From assembly GCA_036496305.1 (NCBI GenBank), contig DASXLJ010000003.1, positions 23,777 to 87,776 of the forward strand: 64,000 bases of DNA, written 5' to 3'. Numbering within the stretch: the first letter of the stretch is position 1; every line of letters begins with the position of its first letter. This DNA comes from Gaiellaceae bacterium. GTDB lineage: Bacteria > Actinomycetota > Thermoleophilia > Gaiellales > Gaiellaceae. The notes under the pieces are model-generated. The model saw only the letters and a list, made by a program, of their open reading frames with translations, was not told the DNA's origin and did no database searches. This document shows, in pieces, positions 36,698 to 45,980 of the stretch. A program made the translations under genes and the position numbers.

Positions 36698-37002
36698 ACG
36701 GCCCCGCGACGACCTGGTACCTCGCGCTCGCGGCGTTCCTGTTCGGGATTGGCGCGCTCGGCGTCCTCGTCCGGCGGAATCCGCTCATCGTCCTCCTCTC
36801 GCTCGAGCTGATGCTCAACGGCGGGAACCTCGCGCTCATCGCCTTTTCGCGGCACTTCGCGAACGGCTCGGGGCAGATCTTCGGCCTCGCGGTGATGGCC
36901 GTAGCCGCGGCGGAGGTCTGCGTCGGGCTCGGCCTCGTCGTCGCGATCAACCGGCGGAATCTCGCGCTCGACGTCGACAGGCTCTCGGAGCTGCGCGGAT
37001 GA
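36694..37002 (+). CDS. nuoK: NADH-quinone oxidoreductase subunit K
   Basis: 102 aa. RRNPLIVLLSLELMLNGGNLALIAF...AAAEVCVGLGLVVA. Confidence 0.93.
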   Translation: MNGPATTWYLALAAFLFGIGALGVLVRRNPLIVLLSLELMLNGGNLALIAFSRHFANGSGQIFGLAVMAVAAAEVCVGLGLVVAINRRNLALDVDRLSELRG

Positions 37003-38879
37003 CGTACGGATCCTGGATCTGCCTCCTCTCGCCGTTCGTCGCGGCGGTTCTCATCATGTTCGGCGGGACGAACCTCTCTCGCCGCGTCGCCGCTTGGATC
37101 GCGACCACCGGCGTCTTCGTCGCATTCGGCGGCGCCATCTGGGCCTTCCTCGGAGTGCACGCTCAGCCCGGCCAGGTCGGCGAGTACACGCGGGCGTGGA
37201 CATGGCTCCAGAGCGGCAGCTTCAGCGTCAACCTCGAACTGCTCGTCGACCCGCTCAGCACCGTGATGATGCTCATCGTCGCCGGCGTCGGCGGGCTGAT
37301 CGTCCTCTACTCGATCGGCTACATGGACGGCGACCCGGAGGAGCGGCGCTACTTCGCGTACATCGCGTTCTTCGTCTTCTCGATGCTCATGCTCGTCGAG
37401 GGCGGGAACCTGCTCATGCTCCTCGTCGGCTGGGGCCTCGTCGGCCTCTCGTCGTACCTGCTCATCGGGTTCTGGCACGAGAAACCGAGCGCGATCCAGG
37501 CCGCGAAGAAGGCGTTCGTGATGAACGCATTCGGTGACGCGACGATGGCGCTCGCGCTCTTCATCCTCATCTTCCACACGCAGTCGCTCTCGTTCGGCGC
37601 CCTCAGCGCGCCGCTCTCGGGCAGCACCGCGAACTGGATCGCACTCGGCCTGCTCGGCGGCGCCGCGGCGAAGTCGGCGCAGATCCCGCTCCACACCTGG
37701 CTCCCCGACGCGATGGAAGGCCCGACTCCCGTCAGCGCCCTCATCCACGCGGCGACGATGGTCACCGCCGGCGTCTACCTCATCGCGCGCACGCACGCCA
37801 TCTTCGAGCAGGCGCGGACGATCGAGCTGATCGCCGCGGGCATCGGCGCGCTCACACTGCTCGTCGCCGGGTTCATCGCGCTCGTCCAGACCGACATCAA
37901 GCGCGTCATCGCGTATTCGACGATGTCGCAGATCGGCTACATGTTCCTCGCCGTCGGAGTCGGTGGCTACGCCAACGGGATGTTCCACCTCATGACGCAC
38001 GCCTTCTTCAAGGCGCTGCTCTTCATGACGGCCGGCCTCGCGATCCACGCGCTCGCCGGCGAGCAGGACATCCGCAACATGCGCGGGCTCGGGAAGGTCA
38101 TGCCGTTCACGAAGTGGTGCTTCCTCGCCGGCGCGCTCGCGCTCGTCGGCATCCCGCCGTTCAGCGGTTTCTTCTCGAAGGACCCGATCATCGCGTCGAC
38201 GCTCAACATCGGCTGGTACGGCTACGTCTTCTACGCCTGCGGCCTCATCGGCGCGTTCCTCACCGGCCTCTACACGTTCCGGCTCTGGTTCCTCGTCTTC
38301 CCGGGCGAGCCGAGCCCGTTCGTCCGCGAGCACTACCACGACCATCACGGCCGCGAGGGAGCGTGGACGATGCTCGTTCCGGTCGGCGTGCTCGCCGTGC
38401 TCGCGACCGTCGGCGGCTGGATCCAGTGGGCGCCGCACTGGGAGCCCTTCACGAAGTGGCTCGAGCCGGTGGCGCCGACGCTCGCGGCCGCGGTGCCGAC
38501 CTCGACGCAGGAGACCGTGACCTCGATCCTCACCGTGCTCGTCGGGGCCGCGGGCATCGCGCTTGCGTGGGCGATCTACGCCGAGAAGCGGGTCGAGATC
38601 CCGGCGATGCCGGCCGCGCAGCGCCTCCTCGAGAACAAGTTCTACTTCGACGAGCTGTACGACCGGATCTTCTACGCGCCGGCCGCCGCGATCGCGAACT
38701 CGCTCCGCACCGAGATCGAAGAGCCCGTGATCCTCCAGGGCGGAACCGACCTCGGCCAGACGGCGCTCGACGCCGGCGGCGCAGTCCGGCGGATCCAGAC
38801 CGGCGTCCTCCGCACGTACGTCTTCTTCCTCGCCGCCGGTGCGGCCGTCCTCGTCCTCGCGTTCCTGATTGCGAAGTAA
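36999..38879 (+). CDS. nuoL: NADH-quinone oxidoreductase subunit L
   Basis: 626 aa antiporter-like subunit. WLPDAMEGPTPVSALIHAATMVTAGVYL. Confidence 0.95.
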   Translation: MTYGSWICLLSPFVAAVLIMFGGTNLSRRVAAWIATTGVFVAFGGAIWAFLGVHAQPGQVGEYTRAWTWLQSGSFSVNLELLVDPLSTVMMLIVAGVGGLIVLYSIGYMDGDPEERRYFAYIAFFVFSMLMLVEGGNLLMLLVGWGLVGLSSYLLIGFWHEKPSAIQAAKKAFVMNAFGDATMALALFILIFHTQSLSFGALSAPLSGSTANWIALGLLGGAAAKSAQIPLHTWLPDAMEGPTPVSALIHAATMVTAGVYLIARTHAIFEQARTIELIAAGIGALTLLVAGFIALVQTDIKRVIAYSTMSQIGYMFLAVGVGGYANGMFHLMTHAFFKALLFMTAGLAIHALAGEQDIRNMRGLGKVMPFTKWCFLAGALALVGIPPFSGFFSKDPIIASTLNIGWYGYVFYACGLIGAFLTGLYTFRLWFLVFPGEPSPFVREHYHDHHGREGAWTMLVPVGVLAVLATVGGWIQWAPHWEPFTKWLEPVAPTLAAAVPTSTQETVTSILTVLVGAAGIALAWAIYAEKRVEIPAMPAAQRLLENKFYFDELYDRIFYAPAAAIANSLRTEIEEPVILQGGTDLGQTALDAGGAVRRIQTGVLRTYVFFLAAGAAVLVLAFLIAK

Positions 38880-38882
38880 CCG

Positions 38883-40337
38883 ATGAGCACCGCTCACCTC
38901 ACGACGATCCTCATCTGGCTGCCGATCGCGGGCGCGATTCTCGTCGCGCTCCTGCCGCTCTCGAAGTACGCGACCGGCAGCATCGCGGTGCTCGTCTCCC
39001 TCATCGAGGTCGGCTTCTGGATCGAGCAGGCGTCGAACTTCCACTTCAGCCGCCCGGGCCTGCAGATGTCGGAGCAGGCGAAGTGGTTCGGCGACCTCGG
39101 CATCACGTACCACGTCGGCGTCTACGGCTTCTCGGTCTGGCTCATCGGCCTGACGGTCGTCGGCATGGCCGCGTGCCTCGGCTACGGCTTCTGGGTCGGA
39201 CGCGACCGGCCGCGCGCGTACTTCGCGCTCATGCTCCTCCTCACCGGCGCGACGGTCGGCGTGTTCGCGTCGCAGGATCTCGTCCTCTTCTACGCCTTCT
39301 TCGAGGCGATGCTCATCCCGCTCTACGTCCTCATCGGTGTCTGGGGCGGCGCGCGGCGGATGGAGGCGACCGTCAAGTTCGTCATCTACACGATGGCCGG
39401 CTCGCTGCTCATGCTCGCCGCAGTCATCGCGTACGGAATCCACGCGGGAACATTCGACCTCGTCACCGGCCCGGTGAGCTCGAGCCGCTGGCTGTTCCTC
39501 GGGTTCATGGTCGCGTTCGCGATCAAGTCGCCGCTCATCCCGTTCCACGGCTGGCTGCCGGACGCGTACCGCGAGGCGCCTCCCGAGATCGCCGCCGTGC
39601 TCTCCGGCGTGATCGCGAAGGCAGGCCTGTACGGAATGCTGCTGATCGCGATTCCGCTCTTCCCCGACCCGACGTCGTTCTACCGGACGGCGATCCTCGG
39701 GCTCGCCGCCGCGACGCTCGTCTACGGCTCGCTGCTCGCATTCCGCGCGCCCGACTTCCGCGGCGTCGTCCTGTACTCGTCGCTCGCGCAGTCGGGCCTG
39801 ATCGTGCTCGGCCTCTTCTCCGGGAGCACCCTCGGGCGCGACGGCGCGGTGCTCCAGATGGTCGCGCACGGGCTCGTCTCGATCGCGCTCTTCCTCGTCG
39901 CCGGCGTCGTCGAACGGCGTACGACGACGGGTGAGTTCCGGCTGCTCGGCGGGATGGCGCGCGGACGGCCGATGCTCGCGACGCTCCTCATGGCGATCGG
40001 CGTGATCTCGCTCGCCGTGCCGGGCTCCGCGAACTTCGCCGGCGAGTTCCTCATCCTCGCGGGCGTGTTCCAGCGCGCCTGGTGGTGGGCGGCGATCGGC
40101 GCCGGCGCGATCGTGCTCGCCGCGATGTACATGCTGCGGCTCATCTCCGCCGTCCTCCACGAGGCACGCGGCTCAACCGTCGGCGACGAGGCGATGGACC
40201 TCCGGGCCGGTGAGCTCGCGCTCGTCGCGCCGCTCGTCGCCGGGCTCTTGCTGCTCTCCGCGTGGCCGGCGGCGATCAGCAGCCATTCGTTCGTCGGGCC
40301 CTGGCCGAAGCAGCCGCCCCCCGGGGCGCCGAAGTGA
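38883..40337 (+). CDS. nuoM: NADH-quinone oxidoreductase subunit M
   Basis: 484 aa. FAIKSPLIPFHGWLPDAYREAP. Confidence 0.95.
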   Translation: MSTAHLTTILIWLPIAGAILVALLPLSKYATGSIAVLVSLIEVGFWIEQASNFHFSRPGLQMSEQAKWFGDLGITYHVGVYGFSVWLIGLTVVGMAACLGYGFWVGRDRPRAYFALMLLLTGATVGVFASQDLVLFYAFFEAMLIPLYVLIGVWGGARRMEATVKFVIYTMAGSLLMLAAVIAYGIHAGTFDLVTGPVSSSRWLFLGFMVAFAIKSPLIPFHGWLPDAYREAPPEIAAVLSGVIAKAGLYGMLLIAIPLFPDPTSFYRTAILGLAAATLVYGSLLAFRAPDFRGVVLYSSLAQSGLIVLGLFSGSTLGRDGAVLQMVAHGLVSIALFLVAGVVERRTTTGEFRLLGGMARGRPMLATLLMAIGVISLAVPGSANFAGEFLILAGVFQRAWWWAAIGAGAIVLAAMYMLRLISAVLHEARGSTVGDEAMDLRAGELALVAPLVAGLLLLSAWPAAISSHSFVGPWPKQPPPGAPK

Positions 40338-41830
40338 TCCACACGCCGCACATCGACTGGTTCGCGATCGCGACGATCCTCGCGCTCCTCGCGGCGTCGT
40401 TCGTCTCGCTTCTCGGCGCCGTGCTCGTTCCCGAGCCGCACCGGAGGGCGTTCGGCGCGATCGTGACGCAGCTCGGGTTCCTCGGCGGTCTCGTCGCCTC
40501 GATCTGGCTCTACGTCGACTCGCACCACAGCGAGACGGTCGTCTCGGGCGCGTTCTACCGCGACCGCTGGACCGCGCTCGCGCAGATCATCCTCTGCGCG
40601 GTCGGGCTCGCGACGACGCTCGTCTCGTGGAAGCACGTGCTTCCTGAAAGGCGGGGCCGCAACAACGACCACATCGCGGAGTTTTTCGCGCTTCTCCTCG
40701 CATCAGCCGCCGGGATGGCGTTCTTCGTCGGCTCCGCGAACCTCATGACGCTCTTCCTCTCGCTCGAGTGGTTCTCGATCGCGCTCTACGTCATGTGCGC
40801 GATCGACTACGACGTCGAGGGCTCGCTCGAAGCGGGACTGAAGTACCTCATCGTCGGCTCGTTCGGCTCGGCGGTGCTCCTGTTCGGCTCGGCGCTCGTG
40901 TACGGCGCGACGGGAACGGTCTCGTTCGCGGGCATCGCGACCGCGATCGGCTCGCACGGGCTGACGGGCAACTCTCTGCTCGTCGTCGGCGTCGCGCTTC
41001 TCGTCGCAGGACTCGGCTTCAAGATGTCGGCGGCGCCGTTCCACATGTGGACGCCCGACGTCTACGAGGGCGCGCCGACGCCGGTGACCGCGTGGATGTC
41101 CGCGGCGACGAAGGTCGCGGCGCTTGCGCTCGCGATGCGCCTCATGGTGACGGCGTTCCCGCAGGAGGAGCACCTCTGGACGGTCGCGTTCGCCGCGATC
41201 GCGGTCGCCTCGCTCGTGATCGGCAACCTCGCGGCGCTCGTCCAGACGAACGTCAAGCGGATCCTCGCGTACTCGTCCGTTTCGCACGCGGGCTTCATGC
41301 TCATCGGGTTGAGCGCGGGAACCGCGTTCGGCGCGAAAGCGCTCATGTACTACCTCATCCCGTACGCGGCGATGGCGTTCGGCTCGTTCGCCGTCGTCGC
41401 CGCGCGCGAGCGCGAGCTCGGACAGCCGGTGACGCTCGAGAACCTCGCAGGCCTCGGCTGGGAGCGGCCGTTCCTCGGCGTCGCGATGTGGTTCTTCATG
41501 TTCGGCTTCGCCGGCCTGCCGGTCGGCGGCGGCTTCGTCGGGAAGTTCTACGTCCTCGCCGCCGCGTACAAGCACGGCTGGTCGTGGCTCGTCATCGTCG
41601 GCGTGCTCGCGACGCTCGTGAGTCTCTACTACTACCTCGGCGTCGTGCGGGCGATGTACATGCGCCCGGCGGCGGCGCGGCTCGCGGTCGTCGGCGGAGG
41701 CTCACCGCCACGCGAACGGCTCCTCAACATCGGGGTCGGGATGGCCCTCGTCGTCTCGGTCGGCTCGATGTTCGCCGCCGCGCCGCTGCTCGACCTCGCG
41801 CAGAGCGCGGCCAGCTCGCTTCCGTTCTAG
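40334..41830 (+). CDS. nuoN: NADH-quinone oxidoreductase subunit N
   Basis: GTG overlaps the nuoM stop. FKMSAAPFHMWTPDVYEGAPTPVTAWMS. Confidence 0.93.
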   Translation: MIHTPHIDWFAIATILALLAASFVSLLGAVLVPEPHRRAFGAIVTQLGFLGGLVASIWLYVDSHHSETVVSGAFYRDRWTALAQIILCAVGLATTLVSWKHVLPERRGRNNDHIAEFFALLLASAAGMAFFVGSANLMTLFLSLEWFSIALYVMCAIDYDVEGSLEAGLKYLIVGSFGSAVLLFGSALVYGATGTVSFAGIATAIGSHGLTGNSLLVVGVALLVAGLGFKMSAAPFHMWTPDVYEGAPTPVTAWMSAATKVAALALAMRLMVTAFPQEEHLWTVAFAAIAVASLVIGNLAALVQTNVKRILAYSSVSHAGFMLIGLSAGTAFGAKALMYYLIPYAAMAFGSFAVVAARERELGQPVTLENLAGLGWERPFLGVAMWFFMFGFAGLPVGGGFVGKFYVLAAAYKHGWSWLVIVGVLATLVSLYYYLGVVRAMYMRPAAARLAVVGGGSPPRERLLNIGVGMALVVSVGSMFAAAPLLDLAQSAASSLPF

Positions 41831-41863
41831 CGGCGAGCCCGAGCGCGTTTCTGCAACTTCGGT

Positions 41864-41886
41864 GCAGAGCTGCAACCGCGCTCTGC
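41864..41886 (+). terminator. Weak hairpin after nuoN
   Basis: GCAGAGC - 9 nt - GCTCTGC, ~35 nt after the stop. No U-tract. Confidence 0.3.
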
Positions 41887-41946
41887 GAGCCACATCCGGG
41901 CCTCAAACACCGCCCATCGGGGTCAGACAGCCAGACCCTCGAGCAG

Positions 41947-42216
41947 TCAGATGGACGAGAAGTCGGCGACTTCGTGCCTTGGGAAGCGCGCGACCGCGGC
42001 GAGAAACCTGAGCGGATTGGTCGGCGTCTCGCCCATGATGAGGATGCCGACCCAGTCCTCTGGCCGGCGTTCGACATCTACGAGCGATGAAAAGACAACG
42101 TGCTCGTCGAGTTCTTGGACGCCGTCCGCCCAAACCTCGACCACGGAGCCGGATGTCAGCGTGACGCGCCAGGCCGACGGCTCAGTCGAGCGCCACTCCG
42201 CGAGTCCGGATTCCAC
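41947..42216 (-). CDS. Hypothetical protein (89 aa)
   Basis: ORF with good GC3 bias and no recognisable motif. The tandem P2 repeats lie 80-125 bp upstream of its start. Confidence 0.45.
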   Translation of the reverse strand: MESGLAEWRSTEPSAWRVTLTSGSVVEVWADGVQELDEHVVFSSLVDVERRPEDWVGILIMGETPTNPLRFLAAVARFPRHEVADFSSI

Positions 42217-42294
42217 GCGCGGAGCCTATCGACGCGGCGAGCTTGCGGGGTCTAGCGGCGCCGCGTCCGAAGCTCAATGACCGACACGCCAATC

Positions 42295-42342
42295 GTGGAA
42301 ACGGTGTCCGACACCGCCTTGGAAACGGTGTCCGACACCGCC
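42295..42342 (+). repeat. Tandem duplication (2 x 24 bp) of the P2 element TGGAAACGGTGTCCGACACCGCCT
   Basis: Two perfect head-to-tail copies, each containing the 15-bp palindrome CGGTGTCCGACACCG. Confidence 0.85.
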
Positions 42343-42431
42343 TACCAAACCGACGAGTCTGTCAAGCCGCACGTGTGCCAATTGTGCAACATCTCGCGAC
42401 GAGCCTAGACCTGCGCCTGACGGACCCGCTC

Positions 42432-42866
42432 CTACGCGGCGCGCTCGAACACTTCGACCGGCTCGAGCTCGAGCTCCACGTTGGGACGCGGGCGACGGCG
42501 GCGTGCCGGCTTCGTCCGCGTGACCTTCATCGGCTCGAGCAGCCAGGCGATGGTCGGAACGGAATAGGCGAAGAGCGCCGCGAGCAGCGCCCACGTCGCG
42601 AGCGGCGGAGCCGCGGTTCCCACGGCGGCGTTCGAGCGCACCGCGCACCCGACGACGAGGAAGACCAACGCGAGCGTGCTCGTGGCTGCGGGGAGAAACG
42701 CCGCACGACCCTCCAGCGCGTCGCTGATCGCGACAAACGCGACCGCGGCGGCGGCGGGGATGGCGAGCACTGCGAGCCAGAGAGCAAGCCCGCCGAGGTC
42801 CGCGGCAGCGGCCGCGAAAGCGGCCGTCGCGAGCCCCAGGGGCAGGAGGCGCGAACCCACGTGCAT
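42432..42866 (-). CDS. Hypothetical membrane protein (144 aa, ~4 TM) with Arg-rich tail
   Basis: Ala/Leu-rich hydrophobic segments. C-terminal [18 protein letters not shown]. Confidence 0.55.
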   Translation of the reverse strand: MHVGSRLLPLGLATAAFAAAAADLGGLALWLAVLAIPAAAAVAFVAISDALEGRAAFLPAATSTLALVFLVVGCAVRSNAAVGTAAPPLATWALLAALFAYSVPTIAWLLEPMKVTRTKPARRRRPRPNVELELEPVEVFERAA

Positions 42867-42912
42867 AGGTTCGTTTCCGCATCGGACGGTCCTCCCTCAG
42901 TAGATTCGGCCT

Positions 42913-43587
42913 ATGGAACTCACATGGCTCGGACACTCAGCATTTCGCCTCGATGCGGGCGGCAAGCGCATCTATGTCGACCCCTTCCTCAACGGCAATC
43001 CGAAGTGCCCCGAAGACGAGCAGACGCCTGAGCGCGTCGACGTGATCGCGATCACGCACGGGCACGGCGACCACGTCGGCGACACCGTCGCACTCGCGAA
43101 GCAGCACGGCTGCACCGTCGTCGCGCCGGTCGAGCTCGCCGACTGGCTCCGGAACGAAGGCGTCGAGAACCTCCTCGACCCGAACAAGGGCGGCACGGTC
43201 GCAGTCGACGACGTGCGCTTCACGCTGACAAACGCGTTTCACTCGAGCTCGACGAACGACGGCAAGTACGCGGGTGAGCCGTGCGGCATCGTCGTGCGCG
43301 CAGAAGGGAAGAGCATCTACTTCGCCGGCGACACGTGCGCCTTCGGGGACATGTCCCTGATCGGGCGCCTGTACCAGCCCGACCTCGCTGTCCTCCCGAT
43401 TGGCGACCACTACACGATGGGGCCGGAGGAGGCCGCGCTCGCGCTCGAGTTGCTCGGCGTGAAGCGCTGCGTGCCGTGCCACTGGGGAACGTTCCCGCCG
43501 CTCGTCGGCCGCCCCGACAAGCTGCAGGAGCTCACGCCTGACGTGACGGTCGAGATGATCGAGCCCGGCGACTCGGTCACCGTATGA
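42913..43587 (+). CDS. UPF0173-type metal-dependent hydrolase (MBL fold)
   Basis: MELTWLGHSAFRLDAGGKRIYVDPFLNGNPKCP...ITHGHGDHVGD (HxHxDH). Confidence 0.85.
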   Translation: MELTWLGHSAFRLDAGGKRIYVDPFLNGNPKCPEDEQTPERVDVIAITHGHGDHVGDTVALAKQHGCTVVAPVELADWLRNEGVENLLDPNKGGTVAVDDVRFTLTNAFHSSSTNDGKYAGEPCGIVVRAEGKSIYFAGDTCAFGDMSLIGRLYQPDLAVLPIGDHYTMGPEEAALALELLGVKRCVPCHWGTFPPLVGRPDKLQELTPDVTVEMIEPGDSVTV

Positions 43588-43868
43588 GGGCACGCTGGTG
43601 GGGGGCGAGCGGGAAGCAGGTGCCGGCGCTCGCGGTCGAAGGCGATCCCGCCGTGCCGGTCGAGGAGGCGCTCGTCGTCGACTCTCAGCACGACCCGGCG
43701 GATATCCACGAGGCGTTCAAGGCCGGCACGCCGGTCGTCGTTCGCGCCGCGACGCCCGAGGACGTGCGGGCAGCGCTCGCGCGGCCCGAGGTCGCGTCCG
43801 TCATCGTCCCCGCCGACCGCGGCGACCTCCTCGCTCTCGACCTGACGGAGCTGACGTATGGCACGTGA
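43584..43868 (+). CDS. Hypothetical protein (94 aa)
   Basis: Translationally coupled on both sides (4-nt and 11-nt overlaps). No motif recognised. Confidence 0.45.
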   Translation: MRARWWGASGKQVPALAVEGDPAVPVEEALVVDSQHDPADIHEAFKAGTPVVVRAATPEDVRAALARPEVASVIVPADRGDLLALDLTELTYGT

Positions 43869-44694
43869 ACGCGTCGTCGCGACGTACTCGATCGCCGCGT
43901 GCGACCTCGACGCGAAGCAGTGGGGAGTCGCGGTGCAGTCGAAGTTTCTCTCGGTCGGCTCGGTCGTGCCGTGGGCGGAGCCGGAGGTCGGAGCAATCGC
44001 GACGCAGGCGTACGCGAACCCGCGCTACGGCCCGAACGGGCTTGCGCTTCTCCGCGAGGGGCTGAGCGCGGCCGAGGTGGTCGAGCGGTTGACCGCCGCG
44101 GACGACGGGCGCGACACCCGGCAACTCGGCGTCGTGGACGGCAAAGGCGGCAGCGCGAGCTGGACCGGCCCGGAGTGCAACGAGTGGGCGGGGCATCTCA
44201 ACGGCCCGTGCTACGCGGCGCAGGGAAACATCCTCGTCGGCGCCGAGACGGTCGGTGCTCTCGCCACGACATTCCAGGGGAGCGCGACCCTCCCGCTCGC
44301 ACAGCGCCTGCTCGAGTGCCTGGCCGCCGCGCAGGCCGCGGGCGGCGACCGGCGCGGCCAGCAGTCCGCGTCCCTGCTCATCGTCGAGCGCGACGGCGGC
44401 TACGCCTCGCTGTCGGACCTCGTCGTCGACCTGCGCGTGGAGGATCACGAGCGCCCGATCGAGGAGCTGCGCCGCATCTACGGCCTCCACCGACGGCTGT
44501 TCGAGGTCACGCCCCGCGAGGAGTGGCTGCCGCTCGAAGGCGAGCTGCGCACCGAGGTGGACGAGCGCCTCGCCGCGACGGGCCACGACTCGCTCGCGAG
44601 CTGGGCCGGAGTCGAGAACCTCGAAGAGCGCGTCGACGGCGAGGACGCCATCGACCCCGTCGTCCTCGATGCGCTGCGAGAATCGACCGCATGA
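43858..44694 (+). CDS. DUF1028-family (Ntn-hydrolase fold) protein with C-terminal peptidoglycan-binding-like segment
   Basis: N-terminal ...ATYSIAACDLDAKQWGVAVQSKFLSVGSVVPWAEPEVGAIATQA matches the DUF1028 TxSI nucleophile region. Confidence 0.75.
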   Translation: MARERVVATYSIAACDLDAKQWGVAVQSKFLSVGSVVPWAEPEVGAIATQAYANPRYGPNGLALLREGLSAAEVVERLTAADDGRDTRQLGVVDGKGGSASWTGPECNEWAGHLNGPCYAAQGNILVGAETVGALATTFQGSATLPLAQRLLECLAAAQAAGGDRRGQQSASLLIVERDGGYASLSDLVVDLRVEDHERPIEELRRIYGLHRRLFEVTPREEWLPLEGELRTEVDERLAATGHDSLASWAGVENLEERVDGEDAIDPVVLDALRESTA

Positions 44695-45326
44695 ACGACG
44701 CCGGCTACGAGATTCTCACGCTCGACGAGGTCGAGACCGCGGAGCACCGCGGCAGCAACCTCATTCCCGTGCGCTACACGCTCGGTTACCGGCCGGCCGG
44801 CGTCAACGCCTGGATCGCCGACGCGGGCGGCCAGCTCATCCCGCCGCACGAGGAGGACAGCGGCAACCAGGAGCTCTACGTCGTCGTCCGCGGCCGCGCG
44901 AGCTTCGTCGTCGACGACGAGACGCAGGACGCGCCCGCCGGGTCGCTCATCTTCGTGGAGGCCGGACACAACCGCACCGCGACGGCGGAGGAGGACGGCA
45001 CGATCGTCTTCGTCGTCGGCGCGACCATCGGCGAAGCGTTCAACGGCGGCGGCTGGGACACGTTCGCGGTCGCCTATGCCGCCCAAAACGCGGGTGACAT
45101 GGACGCGTGCAGGCGGATCATGGCGGAGGAGATGGAGAAGCGGCCCGACTCGTGGGCGCTCCCGTACAACATGGCCTGTCTCGAGGCACTCGCCGGAAAC
45201 AAGGACGAGGCGATTGCGCTGCTCAACCGGATCCCGAACGGGCCGGAGCTCCGCGGATACCTCGAGAACGACACCGACCTCGACGACCTCCGCGACGACC
45301 CGCGCTTCCAGGAGTTGCTGTCGTGA
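44691..45326 (+). CDS. Cupin + TPR-like fusion protein (211 aa), family member 2
   Basis: QELYVVVRGRASFVVDDETQDAPAGSLIFV, followed by YNMACLEALAGNKDEAIALLNRI...DTDLDDLRDDPRFQELLS. ATG overlaps the upstream stop. Confidence 0.7.
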   Translation: MNDAGYEILTLDEVETAEHRGSNLIPVRYTLGYRPAGVNAWIADAGGQLIPPHEEDSGNQELYVVVRGRASFVVDDETQDAPAGSLIFVEAGHNRTATAEEDGTIVFVVGATIGEAFNGGGWDTFAVAYAAQNAGDMDACRRIMAEEMEKRPDSWALPYNMACLEALAGNKDEAIALLNRIPNGPELRGYLENDTDLDDLRDDPRFQELLS

Positions 45327-45958
45327 ACCTCACCCACCTCGACGAGCTCCAGGCGATCGCGATGCCGGACGGCTTCGTCTGGCGCCCGATCCGCCGCCAT
45401 TTCGGGATCAAGGCGTTCGGCGTCAACGCGTATACATCCCACGAGGGCGACATGATCGTCGAGGAGCACACAGAAGGCACGCTCGGCCACGAGGAGATGT
45501 ACCTCGTCCTCCGCGGCCGGGTGAAGTTCACGATCGACGGCAATGACCACGAGCTCGGCCAGGGGCAGCTCGTCTTCGTGCGCGATCCGTCCCTCAAGCG
45601 CAGCGGTGTCGCTCTGACCGGAGACGCCGCCGTGCTCGCGGTAGGCGGCAAGCCGGGCGAACCGCACGAGGTCTCTGCCTGGGAATACACGTTCTTCGCC
45701 TCCCCGGCCGTCCGCGCCGGCGATTACGCGGAGGCTCGGCGACTGCTACGCGAGGGCCTCGAGGCGAAGCCGGGGCACCCGGCGATCCTGTACGACCTCG
45801 CGTGCGTCGAAGCGCTCGACGGCGAGAGCGACAAGGCGTTCGAGCTGCTGGACGAGGCGATCGCCAAGGACGAGCGGTTCCGCGCATACGCACAGAAGGA
45901 CACGGACTTCGCCTCGATCAAGGACGATCCGCGCTTCCCCGGCGCCCCCTCCGCGTAG
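45323..45958 (+). CDS. Cupin + TPR-like fusion protein (211 aa), family member 3
   Basis: EEMYLVLRGRVKFTIDGNDHELGQGQLVFV, followed by YDLACVEALDGESDKAFELLDEAI...DTDFASIKDDPRF. GTG overlaps the upstream stop. Confidence 0.7.
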   Translation: MNLTHLDELQAIAMPDGFVWRPIRRHFGIKAFGVNAYTSHEGDMIVEEHTEGTLGHEEMYLVLRGRVKFTIDGNDHELGQGQLVFVRDPSLKRSGVALTGDAAVLAVGGKPGEPHEVSAWEYTFFASPAVRAGDYAEARRLLREGLEAKPGHPAILYDLACVEALDGESDKAFELLDEAIAKDERFRAYAQKDTDFASIKDDPRFPGAPSA

Positions 45959-45980
45959 TCCGTTCCGCTCCCTTCTCCTT

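Noticed and set aside
36639-40160. Very long antisense or alternate-frame ORFs. Examples: 1173 aa on the minus strand of nuoK-M; 7803-10568 minus (921 aa); 911-2137 minus; 18274-20301 plus; 22886-24832 plus; 55711-57555 plus; 32489-34588 minus.
   Set aside because: Their translations are Arg/Ala/Asp/Gly/Pro-rich low-complexity strings with no motifs. Each lies opposite or out of frame to a gene with clear family signatures. They are shadow ORFs caused by the scarcity of stop codons in GC-rich DNA.
42295-42342. Possible CRISPR array or minisatellite.
   Set aside because: Only two units, directly abutting with no spacers. No cas genes in the window.
42276-42407. 43-codon ORF (MTDTPIVETVSDTALETVSDTAYQTDESVKPHVCQLCNISRRA) that reads the tandem P2 repeats in frame as ETVSDTA x2.
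   Set aside because: There is no Shine-Dalgarno. The other P2 copies are not embedded in comparable ORFs (no start codon at 58947; a stop follows immediately at 2704). The repeat is better explained at DNA level. Kept only as a low-probability alternative.
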